Position numbers and translations under genes: made by a program. Shown piece after piece: positions 24,801-36,800 of a stretch of DNA of 64,000 bases; position 1 is the stretch's first letter, and the number at the start of each line of letters is the position of its first letter. The stretch comes from Thalia democratica (taxonomy: Eukaryota): positions 60,698,001 through 60,762,000 of the forward strand of contig OZ241832.1 of assembly GCA_965202585.1 (NCBI GenBank), read 5' to 3'. The notes below the pieces were generated by a model. The model made no database searches. It was not told where the DNA came from and was given only the letters and a program-made list of their open reading frames with translations.

Positions 24801-27800
24801 GAATTAAAGCTTTCCTGTAATAGTTAAATGGTTCTAGAATATTGCTTAATTAAATTTTAGATTATAAAAATAAACCTTCAGTTTAACCAAACTTCCAAAA
24901 CTTTACTAAAAATGTCTACATTTGGCTGTGATATTTAATTTTTGGTAAAAGTTAAAACCACTGACTATTCAGATTATTTTGAAAAAGTTCTACATTTTTC
25001 AAGTTTTCAATTTTTTTTTCTTTTTAGATCTGTCGGTAGAAAATTGTTTTACATCGATTTTGTTTTCAACAGCTTATCATTTTTTCTACCTTTGTATTTT
25101 TTCTAATCTAATTACTCGAGTCAAGCTTATTCAACATGAACTTTTCAATTTATGAATAGAATGAAATTTTATTAGAATATATACTTGTTAAAACTAAGAA
25201 GAACTTGTTTGTAAACAAAAATACATTTGATATGACAACAACTTTTATTTCTACAAAAATACAGAACTTATTTTTAACCTAATTCTTAGTTAACAGTTAT
25301 TAGATTCAGCAATTTTATAGTAATTATCTAACTAATATACACACACACACAAAAAAACTTTCTTTTTCAACGAAAACAAATTCAAACTCATGAATAATTT
25401 AACTGAAAACGTCGCTTTTGACTTATCAAAAAGTGCAAATTTCAAGTTTCATCGCAAATTTAAATTTGTTCCTTACATTTACCATATGCCGTAAGCGCGA
25501 TAAAATCTCAAAATTACGGTTTAGAGCAATTGTATCAAGCATAAACAGAATTATGCTGTTACGCAAACTTGGCTGTCAAAAATACACTTATATGATGAAT
25601 TGGATTTCTTTTCACGATCATGTAGCTGTTAAAACCTGTTTAAATGTATAAATTTAACAGTTTTAGTCGAAAAACACTTTTGACAGCATAAACAGTGTTT
25701 TACGTAGGTTTTGGAGAAAATTTGTAGATAAGGTTTAGCTGTTTTATTAAAAACGTCAAAAATTTATAAAAAAGCTATTAAACTTGGTTGTCTAACGTCA
25801 ATAGCTTCCAATAAAAGCATCAAGAACTTAAACTTGAAACAAAAAGGGAGTTGGAATTTCAGTGACATTTATTTTCAGTTAACAACTCAAGTTCAAATGA
25901 GCTTCATCAATATTGAATTTATGTGAATGTCGAACTTCTTACTTTCCCAGGTTGTATGTTTGCCTTCTATGGGAATACTTTGCTTCTTAGACACGCCTGT
26001 TGAAATATGAATGGGATTTAACTGAAATAAAAATGTTTTTTAAAGAACTACCAGTGTTAAACAAACTTTACAATAAGTTTTGTTTTTTATACGAATTTTT
26101 TATCTTTAAAAACCGTAAAAGTTTAAGATATCTTAATGGAAGCACACTAACTTTTTTGAGCCTCTAAATTAAAGTTTTAACTTTGGCTAGCTAAAACTTT
26201 AATTAAGTTTCAAGAAAAAATTAATCAAGTTTGCTCGAAAGCAAATAAAAAACAGTGACAAAAAACGATCCTATAACAAACTTTCAAAGCTATATTATAA
26301 ATAATTTTGTTTTTACATTTCTACATTTCAAACTGAAACTAAAATATAATAACCTTTTAAACGAACTTTGACTTAAAAATTTTTGTTAAAAGCTCATTAT
26401 TTTATTTAGTTGATTCCCAAGACAATTAGAAACAGTAGAAAACGAGCAAACAAAAATTACAACAAATTTTTTTGGCGTGATCTTTTTCTTTTGATTAAAA
26501 ATGGAGCAAACAGGCTTGCAGCTGTCAGCAAATTATTACAATCAAATCGTGCATGTCCCATTTAATAATAAAAAATATGTGGAAACAAATGAAAATTTTC
26601 TGGGAAATCCTACAGCAAGTTCAAATACAACAACGTTTTTTACAAAGTCATTCTAATTTGTCTTCGCTTGTGAAACATATTTTAAATGTCAGATTAACAT
26701 AATAAATTGTCAATTTAAACATTCGAATTGTCATATAAGTCTAAATATGTTGTATACAAGTTAAATATGTAGAAAAATTTGACTTTATCTTGATAGATTT
26801 ATTACATTGTCCATTTTTTAAGCTGACCTTATATTTCAAGCAAAATATATCTAGAACAACAAAATCTTTCAAATGACATACTTTTTATTTTTTACGGTTT
26901 AATTATATTAAGTTTAATATATATTACTTTAATTTTAAAACTTTAAAAATCATCAATAAGAACTAATACATTTTAAAAGTCTTCTTATTGTTTAGAACAA
27001 ACTAAATAACCTGATTTAAAATTGCCAAACATGTATATATAAACATTTCAATTATTTGAGAAAAAGTATTTTAAATTCTAAAGTTTTTGAAAGTTACAAA
27101 CTTTATGGCAGACACTTTTATCAATTTTTAACTTTTATACAAATCTTCTTTTATCAAGCTTTTTTAAATTACTGTTTAAATTTACTATTTTTCATACAAA
27201 CAGTAAAATGAATAATTTGTTTCAGTATTGGGGAAACCCGGGTTTGAGGACCACTACTCCTCATCTTCCAGGGACTCGAACTTCAACAATTTCGCCCACA
27301 ACTACGACACCCAGTGGTACGCAAACAGCCCGAGCACCCCGTTTTCACCCAGCAACCAATCAGACGCAAGGATGGTCAGTTTGCTTGATTGTTATTGGTT
27401 AAAGCTTTAAATTAAACAAGTACCTAGATAATGATAATCCTTATTGTTATAGAGTTGGTCAAGATTAAAAACTTTAAGTTAAAGTAAAAAAGTTCTGAGT
27501 ATATAAAAATTTGTTAAGGTAATAAATAGTTTTATAGTTTTTTATTTAATAACAAGTTTTAAGTGTATTGTGACAATTGAAATTGGTTTTAAAAAGTTTA
27601 ACTTCATTCAGTGATATGTAAAACTAAATAGTTTAAAAGTTAAGAATACGTTTAAATTAAAACTTTTGCCAATATATTAATCAGCCAAATTCGATAAAAC
27701 AGTTTATTGTAGTTAAAAGTAATGCACAGCATTCTTATTTTGTAAAATTGTTTTGTAAATCTTTTTAACATGTTTATAACTTGTCTTAAAATAACTATTA

Positions 27801-30800
27801 AAGGCACATAGTTTTATAAAATTACTCTTCAAAACTTCCACAAAAAACTAACAAATACCTGATTTTTTTTCTTTGATATAATAGTCGTAAATTAATTCAA
27901 ACAAAAGACCCAATTCACACACACGGCAAACATTACACAAATTAAAATTCCTCAAAAAAATTTCCTTTGATCGAATTCCAGTGAAATTCCCAAACATCAA
28001 AGCATCTATCTCCATGGCAACATCAATGACAATTTTCACGGTTGCCAGGCATGTTAATTCGTCATGTAATGAGATCACGTTCGCATCTGTTGCCATGACG
28101 ACCGATCATTTGGGCCCCGTGAAAATTCGGCGCGACGAATTACAAAATAATCCCCCGTCTCATCACTCGCTTCCGTGGTGATAAAATACCTGGTTGCCAC
28201 GCAAATTTGTTTCTGCGTTGTCAGGGGCGGGTTTAATGCGATTTTGATTCGATAAATGGCTGTGATAAATTACATTCAAATTTTCTTGTTCTTTGGCACG
28301 AGGCACAAGTCTGCTGTTTTTTTGTTCAGTTTTTGTGGCTAATTTAGTGTGACAAAATACCTATCAAATTGTCAGCCTTTGTAATTCTTTTGTTAGTAAA
28401 AAGCAGAATTTTAAGTATTGTTATCACATGATGTGAAATTAGCTTTTTGTCAAAAAGTTTTTGGTGATTAGTGCACAGTGAATTAAGTGTGACAGAGAAC
28501 TCGTGAAGTAATGCAAAGTTTTCAGCTTTGTTAGCTAAAAATCGTGTTAAATGTAAAAATAATGTTTATAAATTTTGTTATCAAATTATAAGCGCATTCC
28601 AAAAAATTAAAATTTACATTCTAAAAGTTTAAAGAAAACTTTAATTAATTTTTAATCTATAGAAAAAGACAAAAAACTAGTTTAAAGTTTCAACGCAGTT
28701 AATTAAGCATAAACTCGTCTTTCGCTACTTACAAAAATTTATGATAGTAACTCGACACCCGTAGGAGTTGATGATCTTATTTTCCAATATTTTCACAAGT
28801 TAACTTTATCATAAAATGTAATTTAATACACTGCTTGTCAGCTTAAATCTCAACAGCTTATCACAGCTCTACCAAATATTCAAATAAACTGTGTTTAAAG
28901 TATGGCATTTCAGCAACTTCTCAGATAACAAACCCCCTCACACACTCACTGACTGGTTATTAAAAAGCCGAAAAGCCGTTCATCAAACGAAACAGCCAAC
29001 AGAGAAGCGTAAACAAAAAACAAAAAGTTTAAAATAACTTGTTATCAGCTATAAGGTCTGGTTTGTGTCAACTGCGAATGCTCGAGAATGCAAGTGTAAC
29101 CTCTGCGTGTTTGGTTAACCCTGCAACGCAAACAAGTCGATTTCTTCGTCGACTATCAGCGAATTACTCTTGTTTTTTGTTGGATATTGTTATCAGTCGG
29201 TTGACAAACAAGAACGCTTGTTAAGAAAACAACTAAAGTTAAGCAAACAGGCAGTTTATGGTAAAAAGCCGCTACTTGTAAATGTTATTAATTATCTTCA
29301 TCAAGTAAGATAAGGCTTGTGTTAATATGTTATACTTGTATTAAAAAACTTGTATTTATCAAAAAAAAAGTAGCCTATTCTTTTTATACCATCGTTAAAT
29401 ACAAATTTTTAAATCTTATTTTTTTTTTGTAAACTGGCTATAGTAACGTGTAAAGTTTAAACAAAAAATTTATAACTAATTGTATCATATTATATTACTA
29501 ATTTCTAAACAACAACCTAAAAGCAAGTTAAAACTTTACAAACCAATTACGCAACAACAATGCACCGTTCTCGCGCGTCAGTCACAAAAACTTAATTATG
29601 ACGTCACAAACAACTTTCATTATTACGTCACACAGGGAGACGGTTTCGGCGGGCAGGGGGCGGCCAGCTTCAGCCAGCAGCAGTTCAACCAGGTAAGAAA
29701 ATTTTTAATAAATTTTAATAAATGTTAATAAACTTTTATTCAAAACACAAGTTCGTGTTTTCATAGCTTTTGTGCACAAATCAAAACTGTCAGAAAAAAA
29801 AAGTTTTGTGTTTTTTTGTTGCCCCCAACACAAAAGCTTGTTTTCACTGCCGACCCTTTGTGTGCTGAAAATATTTTTAGAATTTTTTATTTTAAAAAGG
29901 CACGGAGAGACAAATTTAATTTCGCGACACATGTCGCGTTTGTGAGAAAAGCGAAGATCTTTTCAGCGTCTTATTATGACGTCACAGTGAACAAGGGTGG
30001 GATAAATCGCGTCTTTCGTCGCGTTGCGGCTTCCGCTCCGTGGTTTTGTGTATCCAGCATTTTTATTAATTTTATTTTAGAATTTTTTTTTCATTAACTT
30101 TGTTACCTTCGATGTGACATTGTTTTGGTTGGCGACGCAACAAAGCCTTATGCTGAATTTGAAGCTTTTTTTGCTAAATTTAGAAACTTAAAACGCAAGT
30201 GAAGTTATTAAAACATGTTCTATTTTTCTAAACTAAATTTGAAAGTAAAATTTAAAAATGTTGGGAGCTTTTTCTTCCAAATTTGGAACTTTTAGGTAGC
30301 AAGTTGGTTAATTCGCACACAGTTATATAATTTCAAATAATTTTAGGGGATTATAAAACATGTAGTGATTTTATTCTGAACTTTCAGCGCTTTAAGCCTT
30401 TTAATGATCGCAGAGCAATTTTCTCAAACAAGTAAATCTCCAAGGAAATTAAAATCAAACCGCGTACACAAAGCATTATCAAAAACTGTATTCTCAATAT
30501 ATGATAAGTTAATATTAAAGTTACTGATAATACCTTTGAATTTTTTTACAGTACCCACATACTTTTATTCATTAATTTTCAACTGTAAAAAAAGGGCACA
30601 AAACTTCAGCTCATTAATAATTCAATTTGAAAAGTCTAGTCAAATATCTCGTAATATTTCATCTGCTCGCGTGGTAGCAAACAAGTATTTTATATGATTT
30701 ATTTTCACGGGTATTAATTTCAAACTTTATCATGTTTTATTTGTTAAAAATTTTATATATCTTTTAAATTTGCACGCCATTTGTACGTGTTTTCGGTGTA

Positions 30801-33800
30801 TATTTTTTTGTTTTCTGTATTCATGTTGCATGCAAATTCACACTGTACACGTTTTCATGACAACAGCTTTACTCGAACGGTTACCACGGACAACCGGTCA
30901 CCAGGCCCCAGTCCGCCACTCCCCACCAGCAACCCCAAGGAAGGGGAAACACCCCGCAGAGGTCGTGGACGCCGGGGATTTCCCCCACTTCGAAAATTAC
31001 GGTTAGTAGAAAGTTGAGGTATTTTTGCAGGTAGACATTCCAATGGAAGCTGAATACAAAACTTTTGTAGTTGTAGTTTCGTCGTTATATGGTTAGATAT
31101 ATTTGTGGTAGCTTGCATCACGTTCACTAAAAATAAGTAGGATCATCTGTATGCGTATTTGTATTACTTCAACTTTAAATAAATTTTAACAAGAACGCAC
31201 CATATAAACGTTATTCAAATAAAATGTGTTAAGTATCATTCTACAAAAACCGAAAATATTTTTAAGACAGCATTTCGAAAGCTTTGTTTTTCGGGGAGCT
31301 TCAGAGTTTGCAAACAAGCTCAGGTACAGCATAACAGGTGGCAAGCGGGCGAGAGACTTTTCAGAAAAAATTGCAAAAAAAAATCTGAAAAAAATATCAC
31401 GCTCGACAGATGCACATATCATCCTTCTTTCTTTTATTTCACTTTTTTCAAACTTTTTTCTCCGGTCGGTGAACTTTGATTGGAAGCACGATCCGAAGTC
31501 TTGTTTGCAATCATTCGTGCTAAAAGCTTCGTATTTCGATGTTTTTAATTTTTGGTTTTAATATCAGGTGTTTTCAAGTCACGGAAGCCTGCTAATCCCC
31601 GACGTGTGTCTTGTTTGCGCGACAAACATCAATTTAAAACGTCGCTTCAATTTTCACTTTGTACTTTTTTTATTGTTACTTTTAACTCACTTTGTACTTT
31701 TACTTTCACTTTGAGTGCTTTGATTGTTTTCGACACTCCACTTGCTTAGATTTTTTTTCTAATGTTCAGTTTCCTACTTTTTTATTTATTTATACGTTTC
31801 ATATTTACTTTTACCCTTAAACTTTTAAAGCTTCATTAACTTTCTCTTTCTCACAACTTTTCTCACAACCCTTTTCTCCTTTCTAACTTTCAGCTCGAGG
31901 TAGACAACGATGACGTCACCACTGAAACGGACATCTCAGAGTTCCTCATTCTCAACCCCGGCGACCAGATCCAGCTGCAGAACGGGGAGATCCAGCTGAA
32001 TGAGGGGGAAGACCCCCAGATAATAGTTCTGTCCCCGGAGCAAATTTTCAACGCGGGTCTGCAGTTCGAACCCGTGCAGAACGGGGATAAAGAACCCGAA
32101 AAAGTCAGATAATATTATTTTAATTGAATTTATTTCTTTATTTCTTAATTTTTTTAAAACTTTTTTTGTCTTATTTTTTATACACAACTTATTTGCAGAC
32201 TGTAAAACTGTTTTAAAATTTTTTGCTACAACTTTTTGGAAAAAAAACGAGGGTCATAAAGATTTAAATCATTCTCACAGCGAAAGTTAAAAAAAATTGT
32301 TTTTTTTTTTGATTTTTGCAGCCTAGTTGACTATTTGACTGATGGGTAAAAACCACTATCAGGCGAAAATTCTAGGAAAACTAGTGCACAACTAATTGAA
32401 AAACAGTAAACACCAACCACCAGTGAGCAAGAAAAATTACCATCATTCAGAAAAACATCTTGTTTTTGTTTGCACTCCTTGTACCATGCCCACATTTCAA
32501 AAACTGCCCGCATTTTAAAACTTCTCGTTGCGTGCCACTTCTCTGTTTGCCTTCTGCTTTTCTTCCCCTGCTGCGTGGGCCACCTCCGAGTTGTTTGCCA
32601 TGTAATAATCTCGTGTTTGCAGTAGGCTCGCCACACAATACCCGCACTATTTGCTCTGATTTCAAAATGAGACCCAAATGTTTGCATTGCATTTATCATC
32701 GAAGCGGGCCCCCCTTCAGTTAACACGTGATTTATTTGATCAAATTAAAAAGTATAAAAAGTCAATGTACATGAAATTACACGTTTCATACAAGGCTTTA
32801 AAGTATATTTCATATCTTTTAAAGCTTTTTGTTGTTTGTTTTGGACTTTAAAGTTAATGTTTTCGATAAAAACGTAATAAAAACATGATCCAAAATCAAT
32901 AAGTATTAGATTAGTATTTTATTCATAGCCTTGAAGTCATTTTTCTGTCTACAAAGCCTTTTTAGTGTTTATTTTAGGCTTTTCAGATAAATTTATCTAC
33001 AAATCAATAAGTTTAAAACTACAATTTAGTTGGAGAGCTTTACAATAAATATAAAAGCTTTTATTTTTATTATTTGTTTAGGGATTGTTGGAATTAAAAG
33101 GTTTAAGTTTAATTTGCAGTAATTTAAACAACTTTATCTATTAAAAAAGTTTAAGTTTAACACTACAGTTTTAAGTCAACAACTATAAAACCTTTTACTT
33201 TTGTTTATTTTAACACCGATTCAATCTATTAAAAGTACAATTTATTTGATAATATCTGTATTTTATGTACATATGTATTGTAAAAACACTCGAGTTTATT
33301 GTACCTGTTCATTGTAGATATTGTGAATGTATTTTTGTTGTATTTGTGGGCATGAATTCAGTAGACGGTGCTAGAAATATGTGAGCTTTGACATTTAAAA
33401 TGTAGACAGAACAAATTAAGATATAAAAAGGTGTGAAAAATTACTGCTAAGAATAAACTTAAAAAACTGAAAAACCAAATAAATTTGTCTAGTTTACCTA
33501 TCAAGTTTTTATTCAGTTTTGTAACAAATGACATAACAAAAAAATTATTGTAAAATTCAATTGTCAGAAAACCAATTCTGTTGACAAATGAATTGTGTTT
33601 GAAAATATTTAACCTTTGGAGTTCACCACAGGCAGAGAAGAAAACTTTTTAACCAAAGTGCCAGTGTAAACCGCTACTGGTTATTATCTATTACAACTCA
33701 AACCAAGCTAATTCTTTTGATTTAAGATCTGTTGATTGTTTTATTGTATTTTTGGAACAATTAAAAAGTTAAAAGTAGTTTTTTGACATTTAAAGCTGTA

Positions 33801-36800
33801 ATACAAAGTTCTTAAGTTGGCAGAAAACTTCAGAAATTGTTACTGTTTGTAATTTACATTACAAATGAAATAGAACTATTAGAAATAGATGGTTGAACTA
33901 TCAGTGTAATATACACATCAAGCTACACATTCTAGATTATTCATTTGAAACTAAACTTTCACCATTTGGAGACTGCTCAAACTAAGTTAACCACAGTGTA
34001 CAAACCGCTACCTACTAGCTTGATAAAGTTAAATTTGACAAATAAATTCGTTAAAGGTGTCTCTCTAACTTGGCTGAAAGTAATTCGTCTGTCATACAGT
34101 TGTCATTTCAAACAACCACGTATAGAACTTGGTTTGAGCAAATTTAATGGTTGATGAACAATTACAAGTGCATAAACATGTCATTTTGCCTGTCTGGTCA
34201 TTTCAACTGCGCTGTCAAATATTTGTCATTTACAAGAACCACGTACACGATTTGGTTTGAGTGCTCAGTTGGATGCGGCTTGTCGGTAGTTAGCTACTAG
34301 TAGATCGGAAACCAGTAATAAGAGAAATGAAAGTAAAAACAATCAAAATGCAATTGTAAACAACGTTTTGGCTGTCAGTTCAGTCTTTTAAATTGTAAAG
34401 CATCAGTCAAATACAATGTGCTAAAGTTTATTACCACTTGCAACAAGCATTTACAGAGAGAATACATTTAAAGAGTTTAAAGTTTTAGGTTACGATATTG
34501 ACAGCTACTAATCAAGATAAAACTGTCAAACTTGGTTGTGTAAACTTATATACTAGCAGTGTAATTGATTTAGAAAATATAAGATTATAAGTAGTTTTAA
34601 TGTCGAAAAGTTTGCTTAAAGTTGTTAAAAGCTACTGTTATGTTGACAGATAACACTTTAATACATTTAAAGACTTATTTAATAAAGACTTATAAAATCA
34701 GGACTTATTTGCATTTTGCAAAAATGGTGTTAAAATCTTTGTCACTTTGAAGAGAGATGAAATTTACTTTAGCAAAAAAATTAACATCTATTCTTAACAG
34801 GCTGCTGTTGATGGCTTCTTACTGTTGATAGTTTAAGTAACACAGGTGTTTGATTTCTAGTTTAATTGACAAAGTAAACAAAAATTACAGTAGTTCAATA
34901 GTGAAACATACCAACGTAAAAATACTCCCATCTAAACTGAACCAAGTTAAAAGCTAACCGCTGTAAGTGCTTTTTCGTTGATGGCTGTTGAAAGGTAACT
35001 GCAAGTCAAAACAAGTAAACAATGTTTTGGCTACCAAACCAAGTTAATCCCGAAACACAATGTTAAAAGTATACATCAATTTTAAGACATAAACTAAGTT
35101 AAGCGTTGACCGCAGTAAAAGCTACTACAACTTTCTACTGTCTTTTTAGCTACATCTTGCTGTTTACTTGTGCTTTCTACTGTTTACGTCTTTCTACTTT
35201 CTTGATAGCTTCTTCTTGCTGTTTGCTTGTGCTTGCCACTGTTACGTAACACGCAGTCACCGGTGCTTGCTGTTTAGTAAACAAAGCGGGAGATTAAGAT
35301 GCAATTTCACGGCCATATGGGTGTCCAACAATCAGTAGCAGTGGTGGTTAATCGACTTGAAATGTTGCTAATTACGATATTGCATGTTTTACAGTGTCTG
35401 AACAGCAATGAGATTTGTTACATGAGAAATTGATGTTTTAATTGCAAGAAAAATTAAAATGAAGACTGAAAACTTTGTTGTTTTATAGGTCAAAAATAAG
35501 TAAAATGTCTTAAAAACAGCAGTAACTGCTAGCGATTGACTTGGTTTTTTGTTTAATAACAAGCTAGCATGCAAATCTTAAAAGACAAAAGTTTTAAAGT
35601 ATGCACACAAAACCATTTGATTATAATTATAAGTAGAAAAATAATTTAAAGTTTTCATTTTTACGCGTATAAAGTAGCTAGGAAGTAAAAAATGAACAAC
35701 TTTTTACAATTATGACTTGTATTTAGTTGGCCAAAAGTCAATAGACAGTGTTAAGAAAATGCGACCTTTGACATTTAAAACGTAGACAGAACAAATGAAA
35801 TTAAACAAGGTGTTAAAAATATAATGAAAATAAATTATAAATACAACAACGCAAGTAAATAAGTCTTTTAACTTAAGTAAACATTTAATTTTTAAAAGGA
35901 ATTTTTTTTAATTAAGCGGTGAAATGCTATACCTATCATTAATCTATTGATAAAAGTTGCTTAATTACAAGCAAAACCAAGTATAGAAGTAACAGTGGCT
36001 AAAAATTAATTGACTTGAAAAGTGTGTAAGTTAATTACAAGAAAAACCATGTATAAAGATGGTTACTGTATTGTGTGGTTTACTTGTAATTGCTTATTGA
36101 TTGAAAAATTTACATTCTAACTACAAGTAAATTGAAATAATCTAACCACTTAATTACCACCGTAAACAAACAAAAAGTAAACCACTGAAATTTTGAAAGT
36201 TTTTGCGCTTATGAAATGTAAAGAGAAAAGTGCGCACTAATTACAACTGAAACAGAAAGTTTTTTGTCTGACATGTTCAAAATTAGATTATCTTCAGTAA
36301 AAATCAAGCATGAAATTGACTTAAAAAGTTACAATTTCTCACTAGAAATAAGTACAGACTTTAGATTATTTATACATTTTTAAGAAATGTGCTCACTAAT
36401 TACTAGAAGGAGCAATTAAAAATACAGGTTAATACAGTTAATTACAAGTAAGAATGTAATTTAATTAAGATAAAGTTAAATAAAAGGTTATTTCGTTATT
36501 AATTGCGATTTTAGTTGGTTTGATAAGCGAAAGTTTTAGTAATTACGAGAAGAAAAATGATTTCAGTATCGATCTGTGTGATTAACAACAGAATAGCTAC
36601 TTTATACCTAATACATTATTCCATTAGCGATGTCACAAAATAATTTAATTAACAGATAAAATTAATCAAATTAGCAAAAAAAAATATTTCTTTTTGCATC
36701 ATTAGTAATTATTTTACATTACTTTTTTGGATAATAAATCTTTCAGACAAACAAGCTTGTTAAAGTATTAAAACTAAACGCTTCAGTTTTATTATAAGCT

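Noticed and set aside
30404-32726. Cluster of 65-131 aa ORFs on both strands
   Set aside because: These are off-frame or antisense readings of exons 8-9 or stop-poor CpG patches; no domain and no codon bias outside the called exons.
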